Part shown: positions 39,494 to 50,584 of the stretch, in pieces
Layout of the letters: every line of letters starts with the position of its first letter
Position numbering within the stretch: the first letter of the stretch is position 1
Origin: Methanohalophilus portucalensis
GTDB taxonomy: Archaea; Halobacteriota; Methanosarcinia; Methanosarcinales; Methanosarcinaceae
Assembly: GCF_002761295.1 (NCBI RefSeq)
Contig: NZ_CP017881.1
Location: 347,213-411,212 of the forward strand
DNA length: 64,000 bases
Direction: 5' to 3'
Notes under the pieces: generated by a model
Database searches by the model: none
The model's input: the letters and a program-made list of their open reading frames with translations, nothing else
Told to the model about the DNA's origin: nothing
Program-made: the position numbers and the translations under genes

Positions 39494-41338
39494 ATGAGTA
39501 AAGACGACCACAAGATAGACGCAGATGATCGGAACATTTTCGATGTGCTCAATGAACGCAAATACACAGTCGATTACTTTCAAAGAGAATACAGCTGGGA
39601 ACAAAAGCACATGGAGCAACTCATTACTGACCTGACTTCCACCTTTCTCGATGTTTACACAGAAGGAGATCCCAGAACAGCAGTCGAACATTATAACAAC
39701 TATTATTTAGGTCCTTTTGTGGTCAGCAGCAAGAATAGTATGAAAAGTATAATCGACGGACAGCAACGATTAACCTCCTTAACACTGTTTCTTATATACC
39801 TCAACCATATACAGAAGGAGCTCGGCATGAGTGAATCAATTGAGTCCCTGGTATTCTCTGAAAAATATGGACAGAAATCTTTTAATATTCAGGTACCTGA
39901 ACGCCAGGCTTGCCTTGAAAAGCTCTTTATTAAAGGCTGGTATGAAATTCAACCCGAAGATGATGAATCGACCATCAACATGGTAGAACGTTATTCTAAT
40001 ATTGAGCAAGCTTTCCCTGAGGAGATAAAAGGTACAGCTTTCCCCTACTTCCTTGACTGGCTGAAATACAACGTGATACTTGTAGAAATCACAGCTTACT
40101 CTGATGACAATGCCTACACTATTTTCGAGTCAATGAACGACAGGGGATTGAACCTAACATCTACTGAAATGCTCAAAAGTTACATCCTTTCACGCTTTAG
40201 TGATCAAACAGATCGGGCGAAAGCCAATCGTTTTTGGAAAGAATCAATACAGAAACTTCACAAACATAACAAAGATGAAGATCATCAATTCTTTCAGTCT
40301 TGGCTTAGGAGCCAATATGCCGATACAATACGTCAGGGTAAAATGGGATCTTCAAATGAAGATTTTGAGAAGATTGGGACTCGTTTCCACAGTTGGGTTC
40401 GTGATAATCTTTCAAAAATGAAACTCAACCCAGAATCGCCGGATGATTTCCGAGAATTTGTACATATAGAGATGAAATATTACCTGAAAGCATATTTGAA
40501 TATTCTAGATGCACAAAAAGAAGAGAAAAAAGGATGGGAGCACGTTTTTTATATTAAACACTGGGGAATCGCTCCCTCTCTTGCTTTTCCACTGATGCTT
40601 GCTCCACTGAAATCAACCGATTCTCCAGACATTACACGTCAAAAAATAAATGAAGTAGCTCGTTACATTGAAACTTTCACTGTTAAACGTTCCGTCAATT
40701 TCCGGAAATTTGGTGCTAGCTCAATCCGCTACACAATGTATACTCTGGTGAAAGAACTTAGAGGAAAAGAACTTGACTCTCTGAGATTATGTTTGCAGAA
40801 TAAACTCAGTGAAATGGATGAATCATGGGATGGAATCGCTCATTTCAGGATGCATGGACAGAATCGTAGATTTATTAAGTTCCTATTATCTCGGATTACT
40901 GGATTTATTGAGCAGCAATCAGGCTATTCTACAAATTTCTCGACATATTACATCAATAATGGATCAAAGCCCTATGAGGTAGAGCATATTTGGGCAGATA
41001 AATTTGTGGAACACCGAGATGAGTTTGAGCAACAACATGAATTCGAAAGATACCGTAATCATATAGGAGATCTAGTACTGTTGCCACAAGGTACGAACCA
41101 ATCTTACGGAGATAAGCCTTACTCTGAAAAACTCGAACACTACTTAAAGGAAAATTTGCTGGTCAAATCTTTGCACCCCAAAGCATATGAAAACAATCCC
41201 AATTTTGTTAGTGCTACTCATAAATTGGAAATTAATTTCAAGCCACACAAATCATTCACCAAGAAGGATATTGATGAAAGACAAGCATTGATTCAGAATA
41301 TTTGTGAGGTGATATGGGGAGATGGAGAGAGATCCTGA
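39494..41338 (+). CDS. DUF262/DUF1524 (GmrSD-like) predicted DNA-modification-dependent nuclease
   Basis: N-terminal ParB-like DGQQR motif; C-terminal His-Me finger-like region (EVEHIW ... HIGDLVLL...N). Confidence 0.7.
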   Translation: MSKDDHKIDADDRNIFDVLNERKYTVDYFQREYSWEQKHMEQLITDLTSTFLDVYTEGDPRTAVEHYNNYYLGPFVVSSKNSMKSIIDGQQRLTSLTLFLIYLNHIQKELGMSESIESLVFSEKYGQKSFNIQVPERQACLEKLFIKGWYEIQPEDDESTINMVERYSNIEQAFPEEIKGTAFPYFLDWLKYNVILVEITAYSDDNAYTIFESMNDRGLNLTSTEMLKSYILSRFSDQTDRAKANRFWKESIQKLHKHNKDEDHQFFQSWLRSQYADTIRQGKMGSSNEDFEKIGTRFHSWVRDNLSKMKLNPESPDDFREFVHIEMKYYLKAYLNILDAQKEEKKGWEHVFYIKHWGIAPSLAFPLMLAPLKSTDSPDITRQKINEVARYIETFTVKRSVNFRKFGASSIRYTMYTLVKELRGKELDSLRLCLQNKLSEMDESWDGIAHFRMHGQNRRFIKFLLSRITGFIEQQSGYSTNFSTYYINNGSKPYEVEHIWADKFVEHRDEFEQQHEFERYRNHIGDLVLLPQGTNQSYGDKPYSEKLEHYLKENLLVKSLHPKAYENNPNFVSATHKLEINFKPHKSFTKKDIDERQALIQNICEVIWGDGERS

Positions 41339-41631
41339 TGATATGAATGAAACTGGAACCAGAACCTAATATATGGTCCTGCACTGAAAGGAGTAGATAG
41401 GGTTTGTCAAGGCAAGTCGCATGCTTTCTGTATTACAATATCAATTAGGTATAATATTGAAATTGGTAACCATCATGGTGAACCTGTAATTGCAGATTGC
41501 ATGATGGTATTTTGTAACACTAAAATATGGAATTTTAATTGCTGCAGGGATCGATTTTGGTGGAACAAGGAAGACCAAAAACCCCTATCGAATCATATAT
41601 TTGAGACAATAATTTTATATTTCGGGATATA

Positions 41632-42441
41632 ATGAATTCAAAAATAGACACACTAAGCAATCTACTTCCAAAAGTTGCTGATATATTCATTTCTGAAAAT
41701 CCAGTAATCTATGTAGGTACCGATTCTGTTATGGTAATCGGTGACATTCATGGTGACTTAAAAGCCCTTGATCTCATTCTAAAAATGCAAAAGAAAATCA
41801 ATTGTGAAAGAATGATTTTTCTCGGGGATTATATTGATCGTGGACCTAATTCTGTTGAAGTTTTGAATAAGCTGTTTAGATTAAAAATTGCAGACCCAGA
41901 TAAAATAATTCTACTTAGGGGCAACCATGAAACTGCAGAAATGAACTATTGTGGTGGATTTTATGATGAACTCGGAAGAGATGATTCATTGTTTGTCCTG
42001 GCAAATCATGTATTTGAAGAGATGCCAATAGCTGCAATAATCTTTAATCGAATATTTTGTGTGCATGGAGGAATTCCGGGGTCTCAAAAAATACATAGCA
42101 TAGAAAAGTATCATTCATTTGAATATATCTGGAATGATCCATCTGAATTAAATGGGATGCATTCGTCTGCAAGAGGCGATGATATCAAGGAATATGGGCC
42201 TGATATCACTTCGGATTTTCTGCAAATCAATGGGTTGGAATTGATTATAAGAGGCCATAGCGCTCTAAAAGAGGGATACAAATGGTATTTCAATGAAAAA
42301 TTGCTATCGCTTTTTTCAACCCCAAATTATCGTAGTCTATTCAATGTTGCGGCATTTGCAGTAATTAAAGATGAGAACACGAAGATAGTTGTATTCGGAA
42401 CTTCAGACGGAAATGATTACTCTTTATTAGATTCAGTTTAA
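41632..42441 (+). CDS. PPP-family Ser/Thr protein phosphatase (metallophosphoesterase)
   Basis: GDIHGD, GDYIDRG, GNHE motifs. Confidence 0.75.
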   Translation: MNSKIDTLSNLLPKVADIFISENPVIYVGTDSVMVIGDIHGDLKALDLILKMQKKINCERMIFLGDYIDRGPNSVEVLNKLFRLKIADPDKIILLRGNHETAEMNYCGGFYDELGRDDSLFVLANHVFEEMPIAAIIFNRIFCVHGGIPGSQKIHSIEKYHSFEYIWNDPSELNGMHSSARGDDIKEYGPDITSDFLQINGLELIIRGHSALKEGYKWYFNEKLLSLFSTPNYRSLFNVAAFAVIKDENTKIVVFGTSDGNDYSLLDSV

Positions 42442-43042
42442 CTTTGCTCTGATAGAAAAATGCCTTTCTGTTGTAAATCGGCCAATTGATACTACAAATA
42501 AATAGAAATCAACGTATATGATTGATTATGCCTTTCAAGAATGAATAAATTTTTCTTCAAAATGCAGTTTGTCGAATCAGAAAAAGTGATTACTCGCTTT
42601 TCCTCTTCTAAGAACCGTAAGTTAAAGTTTCACTTATCTGAATATTATCTATTGTCATATCACACATATTTAGATCAAGTAATTTTAATTAGATTTTCCA
42701 CATTTCCAACCTCTCCTAACATGAGAATTCAAACTAAAAGGTTTACCAGATTTAACATCCTGCTTCATAGAATGCAAGGTGCCTTAAGAAAAACCATTTT
42801 CTTCCATTCAGAACAAGGCATATCAAGAACATTCTGGCTATAACCCTCTGAAATAGCCCTTTTAACCTCGCAGCAGAATTAATAAAATACTGTGACATGC
42901 ACTTCTCAAAATTCGTGTATATGAATACATTACGTGCAAGACGAAAACCTTTATATTTAAAGACCGCTAATTTACTTATACTAATGAATATTGCTTTGAC
43001 CATCAAAGCAGGTTCGGCTTTTGACTTGTACTGTGCGGGGCA

Positions 43043-43069
43043 ATCTCGCCCGAGGCTTTCTATTTCCAG
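43043..43069 (+). repeat. degenerate copy of tRNA-Thr 3' end (putative attR)
   Basis: aatctcgcccgaggcttt matches tRNA 3' end aatcccgcccgaggcttt at 17/18; preceded by gcgggg. Confidence 0.5.
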
Positions 43070-43223
43070 GCCAATATCTATTTTGATATATTATCCAATG
43101 AGATTTTTAGGGATGTATCAAATTCATAATATACTTTTACATAATAATCTTTTTTTGAGCATGCTTAATTATATATCTATTGTCGCCCAAACTTTTAGAC
43201 GTACATAATTTGTGGGAGGTGAA

Positions 43224-43400
43224 TGGAAATGGTAAAATGTGGAGTTTGTGGTGGTGATGCACCAAGACAACCAAATGTCACAGAAGATGGGAAATGTGAC
43301 CTTTGTGGAAAGAAGTTTGTTCTTGAAGAAGAAAAGAAGCAGAAGGACTGAATGGGATATAAGTTCTTGGACTTATATTTTTAAGAATAAACCCACATGA
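43224..43400 (+). CDS. small zinc-ribbon protein (59 aa)
   Basis: GGGAGG SD 4 nt upstream of ATG; CGVC...CDLC. Confidence 0.3.
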
Positions 43401-43877
43401 ATCAGGGAAAGCAAGAATGCCAAAAAGGATAGAGGGTTAGGTTTATTTACCTGATTCATTGCTCATTTACTTAGATCTCACTTAATCAAATTCTTTTTCA
43501 TCCAGATAAGCAAGTTGAATATGTATGACTTTTTGGTTCCACTCCTATAAAGAACCAGATTGATGCATTTGGTGACTATGATGTTATATGTTGTTAGATC
43601 AAAGTGCTGTGCAGGGATAGTTGCATACTTTAATCTATCTCTTACTTTATTGTATATCGATTCGTGTTTATTTCTTATAAATAAGTCTTGGAATAGGGCT
43701 CTGTAGAAACCCTTTCCTCTCACTTCCACTAATACAATACGATTTTTTTCAAATTAAATCACTTCTTAAAAATACAATGAAGCCCCTCCCTCTACTGAAA
43801 ATTTCAAATAGCAAAACTTATACAACTTACCATCAATCATTTGCTGGAAAAATAAAATATGAAAGGGGTACTAAAAA

Positions 43878-46800
43878 TTGGGAGATATTAAACTCAATCC
43901 TTCACAATCACAGGCAGTTGATTATACAGATGGACCACTTCTCATACTCGCAGGTCCTGGTTCTGGCAAAACCCTGACCATTACGGAAAAAGTCGTAAAC
44001 CTTGTGGATGAAGGATTTTCTCCTGAACGCATACTTGCCCTGACATTCTCTGAAAAGGCCGCAGGAGAGATGGAGGAGAGAATTGAAAACCGCATTGGAG
44101 AATCCAGCGCAATTACAGTATCCACCTTTCATTCCTACTGCAATGATTTGCTCAAGGAGTTCTCCCTCTATGTTGGCATTAATCAGGGTACCAGACTGAT
44201 TTCACAGGAACATTCCCATGTCTGGGGAATAAACAATATCGACTCCTTTGGTTTTGAGAACATTGCGATTCCCAACAGACCCTATGATCTCATCACAAGC
44301 CTGCTGGAGGGTGTGTCTCAGTTACATGACCATCTGGTAGGTCCGCAGGAATTGCAGGATTTTGTCACGCGAAAGCTGGATGAAACCGTTGATGAAGAAG
44401 AAAGGGATGAACTGCTCAAACTTGCCGACATTGCCAGGTTCTATTCACATTACCAGCAGTACAAAAGGGACCATAATTTCATGGATTACGATGACATGAT
44501 CACAATGACATGTCGCCTGCTGGAAAACAATGAAGTTGTTCGAAATCAGATTCGAAACAGATATGATTACGTCCTGGTAGATGAATTTCAGGATACAAAT
44601 TATGCCCAGCTTTATCTTATCAATCTAATTGCTGATGGCACAAATCTTACCTGTGTTGCTGATGATGACCAGTGCATCTACAGATTCAGGGGTGCCTATC
44701 TTTCCAATATCAAACAACTGCAGGATTACTATGCATCCCTTGAGAAAATACCCCTGGATCGCAATTACAGGTCCAGCTCACAGATAGTACAATTATCCCA
44801 GCAATTGATTGCAACAAACCCGGAAAGGGAAGATAAGACTCTGCATTCCCACAATGGCGATGGGGAGAAAATAAAGGTAGTAAAATCCCCGGATGATTCC
44901 AGTGAGGCTCAATGGGTTGCAGATGAGATTCAGCGGCTGATTGAAGAAGAGGATATTACTCCTGAAGAGATCTTTGTACTTACCAGGAAACGTGCTGATG
45001 GGAAAAAGTACAGTGATGCATTGAAAGGCAAAATGATCCCTGTGGAATATGTGGGCAATCTGCAGCTTAAAAATTACCCTATTGTACAGGAAGCCCTGGC
45101 CTACATGCATATTGTCGCTGATCCTTTCAACAATGGAATTGCTTTTGCTAAAGTGTTTGCAAGGGAAGGAGTAAGTGAACATGACCTCCAGAAGATCAAT
45201 ACTGTTGCAAAAAAACTCAGCCGGGAAACGGAACTGGAAGGGGACGGAATCTATTCTGTGCTGCAACACCATCTGGATGATGTCCCTATAATCCAAAAGG
45301 CACTTGTCAAATCCATCCTTGCCAGGCTCAATGAACTTATCGATTACAGGAAGAATCACCTGCCCTCTGATACTGTGAAGTATCTGTTATCCGAGAAAAC
45401 CGACCTATACAGGGCCCAGTTGCTTGCAGATACCCTAGCTTCCAGAAGGAATATTCATATCCTCAATTCCCTGACCAGTATGGTACAAGATCTGGAACTT
45501 GTGGACGGGGGTTCTGAATTTGCCAGGGCTGTTGAATATCTGGAACTTGTTTTCAATCTGGATATCGGGGATGAGGAAACCAGTGAGGAAAATACTGTTA
45601 AAGTCATGACCATCCATCAATCAAAGGGTAAGGAAGCAAAGGTTGTCTTTGTCTGTGATATGGCTGACCGCCATCTTCCCCTGAGATTCACCAAAAAGCA
45701 ATTCCGTGTTCCCCGGGAACTTGAGAAAGGTGTGCAGAGGGATGTGGAGGATAAAATCCTGCATCTGGAGGAAGAGCGCAGGCTGGCCTATGTAGCCATG
45801 ACCCGGTCCAGGGAAAAACTGTATCTCACATTTCCTGAAAAATATGCAGGCAACAAACGAGGTATTAAGCCCAGTGAGTTTGTCACCCAGTTAGATTATG
45901 AATCCAATCCCCTGATTGAATACATTGAAACTGACAAGTTGCAGGACACAGAGACTGTTACCACAGAATCGCCATTGAAAGGAAAACAGGACGAATATCT
46001 CAGGCTTTTGAACATGTATGCCGGCCAGGGCCAGATGAAGCAGGCACTGGAAGCACTGGTTGTGCTGGCTCAGTTAAAAGAGATAGAGAATAAGGGCAAC
46101 CTGGCTGTATTTGATATTGAGGAGTTTTTGAAGATCACACCCAAAGAGATGGGAGAATTGGAGGCACTGGTGAATGAAGATTTACCACCTCTTGTAGATT
46201 CTGATATGCGTTTCTCAGCGTCCAAGATCAGGCAATACATGGAGTGTCCCCTGAAATTCAAGTATAGCAATGTACTGAATATACCGATTCCTCAAAAGAC
46301 ATTCTTCCAGACAGGAACCGATGTGCATTCTGTATTTGAACAGCTTTGCAGGCACAAGATGCAGGGCGAGTCCATTGATATGGAACTTGCCAATCGTATC
46401 CTGGATAAAACCTGGGATGGCTCTGTTTTCGATTCAGAGACCCACGAGCAGCAGGAACTTGAAAGAGTCAGGCAGATGCTGGAATACTGGTTTGAGTTTG
46501 AGGAAAGTAATGTCAATGAAACGATTGCTGTGGAGGAAAAGTTCAATCTCAAACTGGATGGAGCACAGTTTGGAGGAGTAATTGACCGAATCGACCAAAC
46601 CCCTGCGGGCGATTATATTGTTATTGATTACAAGACCAGCAAAAGTCCATTGAGCAAGAACAAGATGCCAGAAGATGTACAACTTGCCCTGTACTGCCAG
46701 GCTGTCAGAGAGAGGTATGGTAAATATCCGGTCAAAGCGGGACTGATGTATGTCAATCCGAAGGTTCGGGATCTCAGGTTAATGGATGTAGACGAAGCAC

Positions 46801-46934
46801 AGATCAATTCTGTACTTGATGGTGTCAGGGGGATAGTAGCAGATATTAAGGCCGAGGATTTTGAGGTCAAGGAAGAGCCGAATTGTTATTTCTGTGATTA
46901 TAAAGGGATTTGTGAGTGGTACAACCATCAATGA
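43878..46934 (+). CDS. UvrD/PcrA-type SF1 helicase fused to C-terminal PD-(D/E)XK (RecB/Cas4-like) nuclease
   Basis: TTG start; Walker A AGPGSGKT; helicase motifs (DEFQDT, TIHQSKGKEA); C-terminal VIDYKTSK and CYFCDYKGIC Fe-S cysteines. Confidence 0.8.
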   Translation: MGDIKLNPSQSQAVDYTDGPLLILAGPGSGKTLTITEKVVNLVDEGFSPERILALTFSEKAAGEMEERIENRIGESSAITVSTFHSYCNDLLKEFSLYVGINQGTRLISQEHSHVWGINNIDSFGFENIAIPNRPYDLITSLLEGVSQLHDHLVGPQELQDFVTRKLDETVDEEERDELLKLADIARFYSHYQQYKRDHNFMDYDDMITMTCRLLENNEVVRNQIRNRYDYVLVDEFQDTNYAQLYLINLIADGTNLTCVADDDQCIYRFRGAYLSNIKQLQDYYASLEKIPLDRNYRSSSQIVQLSQQLIATNPEREDKTLHSHNGDGEKIKVVKSPDDSSEAQWVADEIQRLIEEEDITPEEIFVLTRKRADGKKYSDALKGKMIPVEYVGNLQLKNYPIVQEALAYMHIVADPFNNGIAFAKVFAREGVSEHDLQKINTVAKKLSRETELEGDGIYSVLQHHLDDVPIIQKALVKSILARLNELIDYRKNHLPSDTVKYLLSEKTDLYRAQLLADTLASRRNIHILNSLTSMVQDLELVDGGSEFARAVEYLELVFNLDIGDEETSEENTVKVMTIHQSKGKEAKVVFVCDMADRHLPLRFTKKQFRVPRELEKGVQRDVEDKILHLEEERRLAYVAMTRSREKLYLTFPEKYAGNKRGIKPSEFVTQLDYESNPLIEYIETDKLQDTETVTTESPLKGKQDEYLRLLNMYAGQGQMKQALEALVVLAQLKEIENKGNLAVFDIEEFLKITPKEMGELEALVNEDLPPLVDSDMRFSASKIRQYMECPLKFKYSNVLNIPIPQKTFFQTGTDVHSVFEQLCRHKMQGESIDMELANRILDKTWDGSVFDSETHEQQELERVRQMLEYWFEFEESNVNETIAVEEKFNLKLDGAQFGGVIDRIDQTPAGDYIVIDYKTSKSPLSKNKMPEDVQLALYCQAVRERYGKYPVKAGLMYVNPKVRDLRLMDVDEAQINSVLDGVRGIVADIKAEDFEVKEEPNCYFCDYKGICEWYNHQ
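46739..46934 (+). repeat. direct repeat copy 1 (3' end of helicase-nuclease gene), partner at 50638-50833
   Basis: ~195 bp at ~90% identity to 50638-50833. Confidence 0.8.
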
Positions 46935-47199
46935 AGAAAAATCCATGTATCTAAATAATATATATTAAGTGTGTATTGGTTTTAAAATATGCCTCAAAAT
47001 ACTTCTATAACCCTTTTAGTTCTCTAGAAAACCGGTCCTTTATTTTTTAATGAAGTGTAACCAATAAAAGTAACGAGGCACTCTGTATTTTTTCTAGCCA
47101 AAATCACACAGGCAACTTCTTCTTATTAAAATAATAAATATTAGTGGAAATAAGAGGAAAGTTTTCTACAGAGCCCAATTATGTCTGATTTATATATTT

Positions 47200-48276
47200 T
47201 CAACTCGAACTGATAGCTTTAAAATTTTCAATTTTATCCAATTCTGGATAAAAAGAAGTTATTAATAAATGGAGATGTTCTTGAATGTTGGAAAACTCCG
47301 TATTCAGGTCAAGTGTTTTTACACTTATTCTGTTGCCACCCAGCATATAATCATTGTCTGGAGTTATTTCTTCATCTGTTTTGGCATAAAGCAGTACACC
47401 ACTAACATTTCCTGAATCTTCTTTGTCTCTGTTCTTTACGTAGGTATATATCTGATACATATTTGAGGAATGCTGAGAGCGAGTATTGTAGAGTGTATGC
47501 ACCTGCATCATATTAGAATAATATTTGGTATCAATTATCAAAGTTCTTCCAGCATATTCTATCGTGACATCTGATCTCATGGTAGGTAAAAATTCAATTA
47601 TCCCATCATCAGTGTCCCAACCAATATTGGAAGCTTTGACAGATAATTCTGGATAATGCTTACGATAATACTCGAGAACAAACTTCTCGAATAATCGGTG
47701 CATGTACTGATCATCTGTATATTGGTACAAGTCTTGATTTCCATCCTTTTCGCTTAAAAGCATCCCCTTGATCACAAGATAGCAAATATTGATCAACATT
47801 TTGTAAGTAGAATTATTTCGATGATATTTTATCCCGGTCCACTGAATTCTATAGGGATTAAGATCATCAACATTATGGAAGTGTAGTAAAACCTTCTTTA
47901 AAGTGTACTTTCGAGATTTTCCAACGTCAGAAGAGCGTAATAGGAGATGAGTGGTGGTTTTGAGTATCTGGTTCAGGTAGGTATTTTCTGTGAACTCATC
48001 AAACTCACATACTAGTTTTTTATTAATTAAAGTCTGTCTCTTTATAGATTCAGGAATGCTCATCTTTCCTACTGGCCTTGTTAGCTCATCTGATCTGCAA
48101 ACATATTCACGTCCCAAACCACGTCTTATTTGGTTAAATATACCTTTGCCGAGTATCACAGCAAGCAAATCATGAGGATGTTCGAATTCCTCAGCTGTTA
48201 TGGTTGAATAACTACCTTGATTAAGAACCTGGAAAGCATAAGAAAGCATATGATAGATGTTCTTAACCCTTATCAT
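47200..48276 (-). CDS. mcrC: McrC-like PD-(D/E)XK nuclease subunit
   Basis: 358-aa; DVTIEY...IIDTKYY motif; overlaps the McrB-like gene by 4 nt. Confidence 0.65.
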   Translation of the reverse strand: MIRVKNIYHMLSYAFQVLNQGSYSTITAEEFEHPHDLLAVILGKGIFNQIRRGLGREYVCRSDELTRPVGKMSIPESIKRQTLINKKLVCEFDEFTENTYLNQILKTTTHLLLRSSDVGKSRKYTLKKVLLHFHNVDDLNPYRIQWTGIKYHRNNSTYKMLINICYLVIKGMLLSEKDGNQDLYQYTDDQYMHRLFEKFVLEYYRKHYPELSVKASNIGWDTDDGIIEFLPTMRSDVTIEYAGRTLIIDTKYYSNMMQVHTLYNTRSQHSSNMYQIYTYVKNRDKEDSGNVSGVLLYAKTDEEITPDNDYMLGGNRISVKTLDLNTEFSNIQEHLHLLITSFYPELDKIENFKAISSS

Positions 48277-50387
48277 TTAATGCTCCCATAAAGTGTTTTC
48301 TTCCATTGCTCTATTTTGTCTTTCTCGTCAAACCAGTATTCTTCAAGCAATGGAACTATTTCATATTCAATAATTGAAGATAATATATCGTTGCTTACAT
48401 TACCTTCTAGGCAAAAGAAACTGTGTCCAACTTTGAAACCTTCTCCAAGAGATTCATCCTGGGCTATGAATTCATTTAAAAGCTTGACCTGTTCTATCAG
48501 CTTACTAAACCGGGAATTGTTTGAACTGGTAACCATCGTTTGAAATCCTTCAGAATCAAATGCCGGCTCAATATTGAAAAAAGCAAATCTTCTTCTAAGT
48601 GCATAATCTATCATAGCTAAACTACGGTCAGCAGTGTTCATGAGGCCAATAATATGAACATTTGGGGGGACTGAAAAAAGTTCATCAGAATAAATAATAC
48701 GTAACTTCTCACCACGTTTATCATTCTCGATCAACATCATTAGTTCACCAAATATCTTGCTGAGGTTACCTCGATTGATCTCATCGATGATAAAAAAGTA
48801 GTCATTTTCATCATCTTCTTGAGCTTGCTTACAAAATTCATAAAATGGCCCATGGTTTAACTCGAAACCATTTTCTGTGGGCCTATATCCCATGATAAAA
48901 TCTTCATAGCTATAACTTTGATGAAACTGAACCATCATAACTCGGTTTGGATCCCAAGTTCCCATGATAGAACATGCCAGTCTTTTGGACACAAATGTCT
49001 TCCCAACACCAGGGGCACCCTGAAGTATTATATTCTTCTTTGATTTCACCAGAGCTACAAGAGTATGATAACGTTCAGAATCCATGAAAACATCTTCGAG
49101 AAAATCATCCTCAGTATATTCTGGATAAGTAAGCTCTACTTCATTTTGTAATTCTTCTTCAGCATCATCAAAAAACAGAGCTTTTAATTTTTTGCAATAT
49201 GCTGTATAAGGGGTGATATCAGTAAGCATTTTAGTTACGGCTTTTCCCGGATGAGGCCATTCTCCCTTATGTGTCCAATTAACTTTACGTATATTTTTAT
49301 ATTCATCACGACTGTTATCAAAAATATATTCGGACTGGACCACACCTCTTCCAATTACTTTGGATTGGCCTTGTTTTGCATAAATTATATCCCCTGGCTT
49401 CATTTCATTTGTAAATTGCCAGGTGGCATGTGCTGCATTCCTATAAGAAAATTCTTCACCATAAAATTCCTTCATTTTATTTTTCATGGATGTTTTTGAA
49501 GAATATTGTCTCAAATCACCAATTTCGCCCCTTCTAATTCCCATAATTCCATTTTGATAGAACTCGTTCCATTTTTTAGCTTGCCTACCAGGAGAATATA
49601 GCCAATATCTCACTTCCGTTTGTGGAGTAGGATCTATCGTGCTACTTCCTTCCCTGGGATCTTTTTTTATCCAGGCGTTATAAGAGAGTTCAGGGAAACT
49701 TTTGACCACCGAATCTTCCTTTTCAAAGAGATACTTGCATTTATCGATAATCTCCAAATATTCTTCTGAATTGGGCAGTTTCAGGTCGGATATACCAGCT
49801 ATTTGTTTACCAAATATATTTTTAGTATCAATCAAGTAATCTCTATTAGTTTTATCAAGGTTAAGATACGAATAAGGGCGAATCCAGTAAAGACCCATGG
49901 TAATATTCCATCTAATGCCAGATTGTTTTCTCACTATATCAAAAAAGTTCTTGAAATTAACACGGTTGGTTTCTGAAGGTTCATCTGCAAAATTGATAGC
50001 TGTCTCGAATAATTGCCATAAATTATCAATTGATTCCTCTATATTTTCAGATTTAAGTGAATAAAACAATGTTCGCATGTTATTCAGGATTGGTACTCCT
50101 TTAAGATCAGATGGAGCATCAGTTTCCACTCCTATTTTTAACCCAATACTTTTCATTAGAGCAATTCGGTTCTCATCAGTCAAACCCCGATTAAAACAAC
50201 CAAAAACAGTGAATGGTCCAATATCGTTTAATGGTCCATCTTTTTGTATAAAATGGTTATGAAGATTTAATTTATCGTATTCATCTTTAAGTATTTGGAT
50301 TAGAGCTTGTCTGTTATTTTGATATAATAAGAGCTTATCTGCAAATTCACTGTAAAATTGTACCCAGGTAAAACTATAATTTTCCAT
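48273..50387 (-). CDS. mcrB: McrB-like AAA+ GTPase with N-terminal reader-type domains
   Basis: LQGAPGVGKTF Walker A; FIIDEINRGNLSKIFGEL McrB signature; long N-terminal extension. Confidence 0.75.
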   Translation of the reverse strand: MENYSFTWVQFYSEFADKLLLYQNNRQALIQILKDEYDKLNLHNHFIQKDGPLNDIGPFTVFGCFNRGLTDENRIALMKSIGLKIGVETDAPSDLKGVPILNNMRTLFYSLKSENIEESIDNLWQLFETAINFADEPSETNRVNFKNFFDIVRKQSGIRWNITMGLYWIRPYSYLNLDKTNRDYLIDTKNIFGKQIAGISDLKLPNSEEYLEIIDKCKYLFEKEDSVVKSFPELSYNAWIKKDPREGSSTIDPTPQTEVRYWLYSPGRQAKKWNEFYQNGIMGIRRGEIGDLRQYSSKTSMKNKMKEFYGEEFSYRNAAHATWQFTNEMKPGDIIYAKQGQSKVIGRGVVQSEYIFDNSRDEYKNIRKVNWTHKGEWPHPGKAVTKMLTDITPYTAYCKKLKALFFDDAEEELQNEVELTYPEYTEDDFLEDVFMDSERYHTLVALVKSKKNIILQGAPGVGKTFVSKRLACSIMGTWDPNRVMMVQFHQSYSYEDFIMGYRPTENGFELNHGPFYEFCKQAQEDDENDYFFIIDEINRGNLSKIFGELMMLIENDKRGEKLRIIYSDELFSVPPNVHIIGLMNTADRSLAMIDYALRRRFAFFNIEPAFDSEGFQTMVTSSNNSRFSKLIEQVKLLNEFIAQDESLGEGFKVGHSFFCLEGNVSNDILSSIIEYEIVPLLEEYWFDEKDKIEQWKKTLYGSIK

Positions 50388-50584
50388 AATATTGCACCTA
50401 TTTTGTAATTATTTTGATAGCAAAAGTATTTATTTCTTAAACTGGCTTCAAAACCAAAAATATTATTGCTTCCATTTATAGTTTGAGGGTTGGGTGGAAT
50501 TTTTAAAACCTACTAATAAATAGTGGAAATATATTAAACAGATTTTTATTATTATGTGCTTTTTAGTCATGTTGATGATTTAGA

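Larger units (their letters stand above)
15989..43069. mobile_element. ~27-kb integrated genomic island at the 3' end of tRNA-Thr
   Basis: integrase pseudogene immediately 3' of the tRNA; degenerate 18/18-nt copy (1 mismatch) of the tRNA 3' end at 43043-43069; accessory gene content. Confidence 0.5.

Noticed and set aside
42541-43208. Cluster of short overlapping ORFs (42541-42843, 42752-43006, 42897-43208)
   Set aside because: The region is AT-rich with no motifs or RBS, the ORFs overlap one another, and the region contains the degenerate att copy. It is probably noncoding island-boundary DNA.
43478-43729. 83-aa ORF on the minus strand between attR and the helicase gene
   Set aside because: It has no recognisable domain or RBS, so it was left uncalled. 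It could be a small island-junction protein, but the evidence is insufficient.
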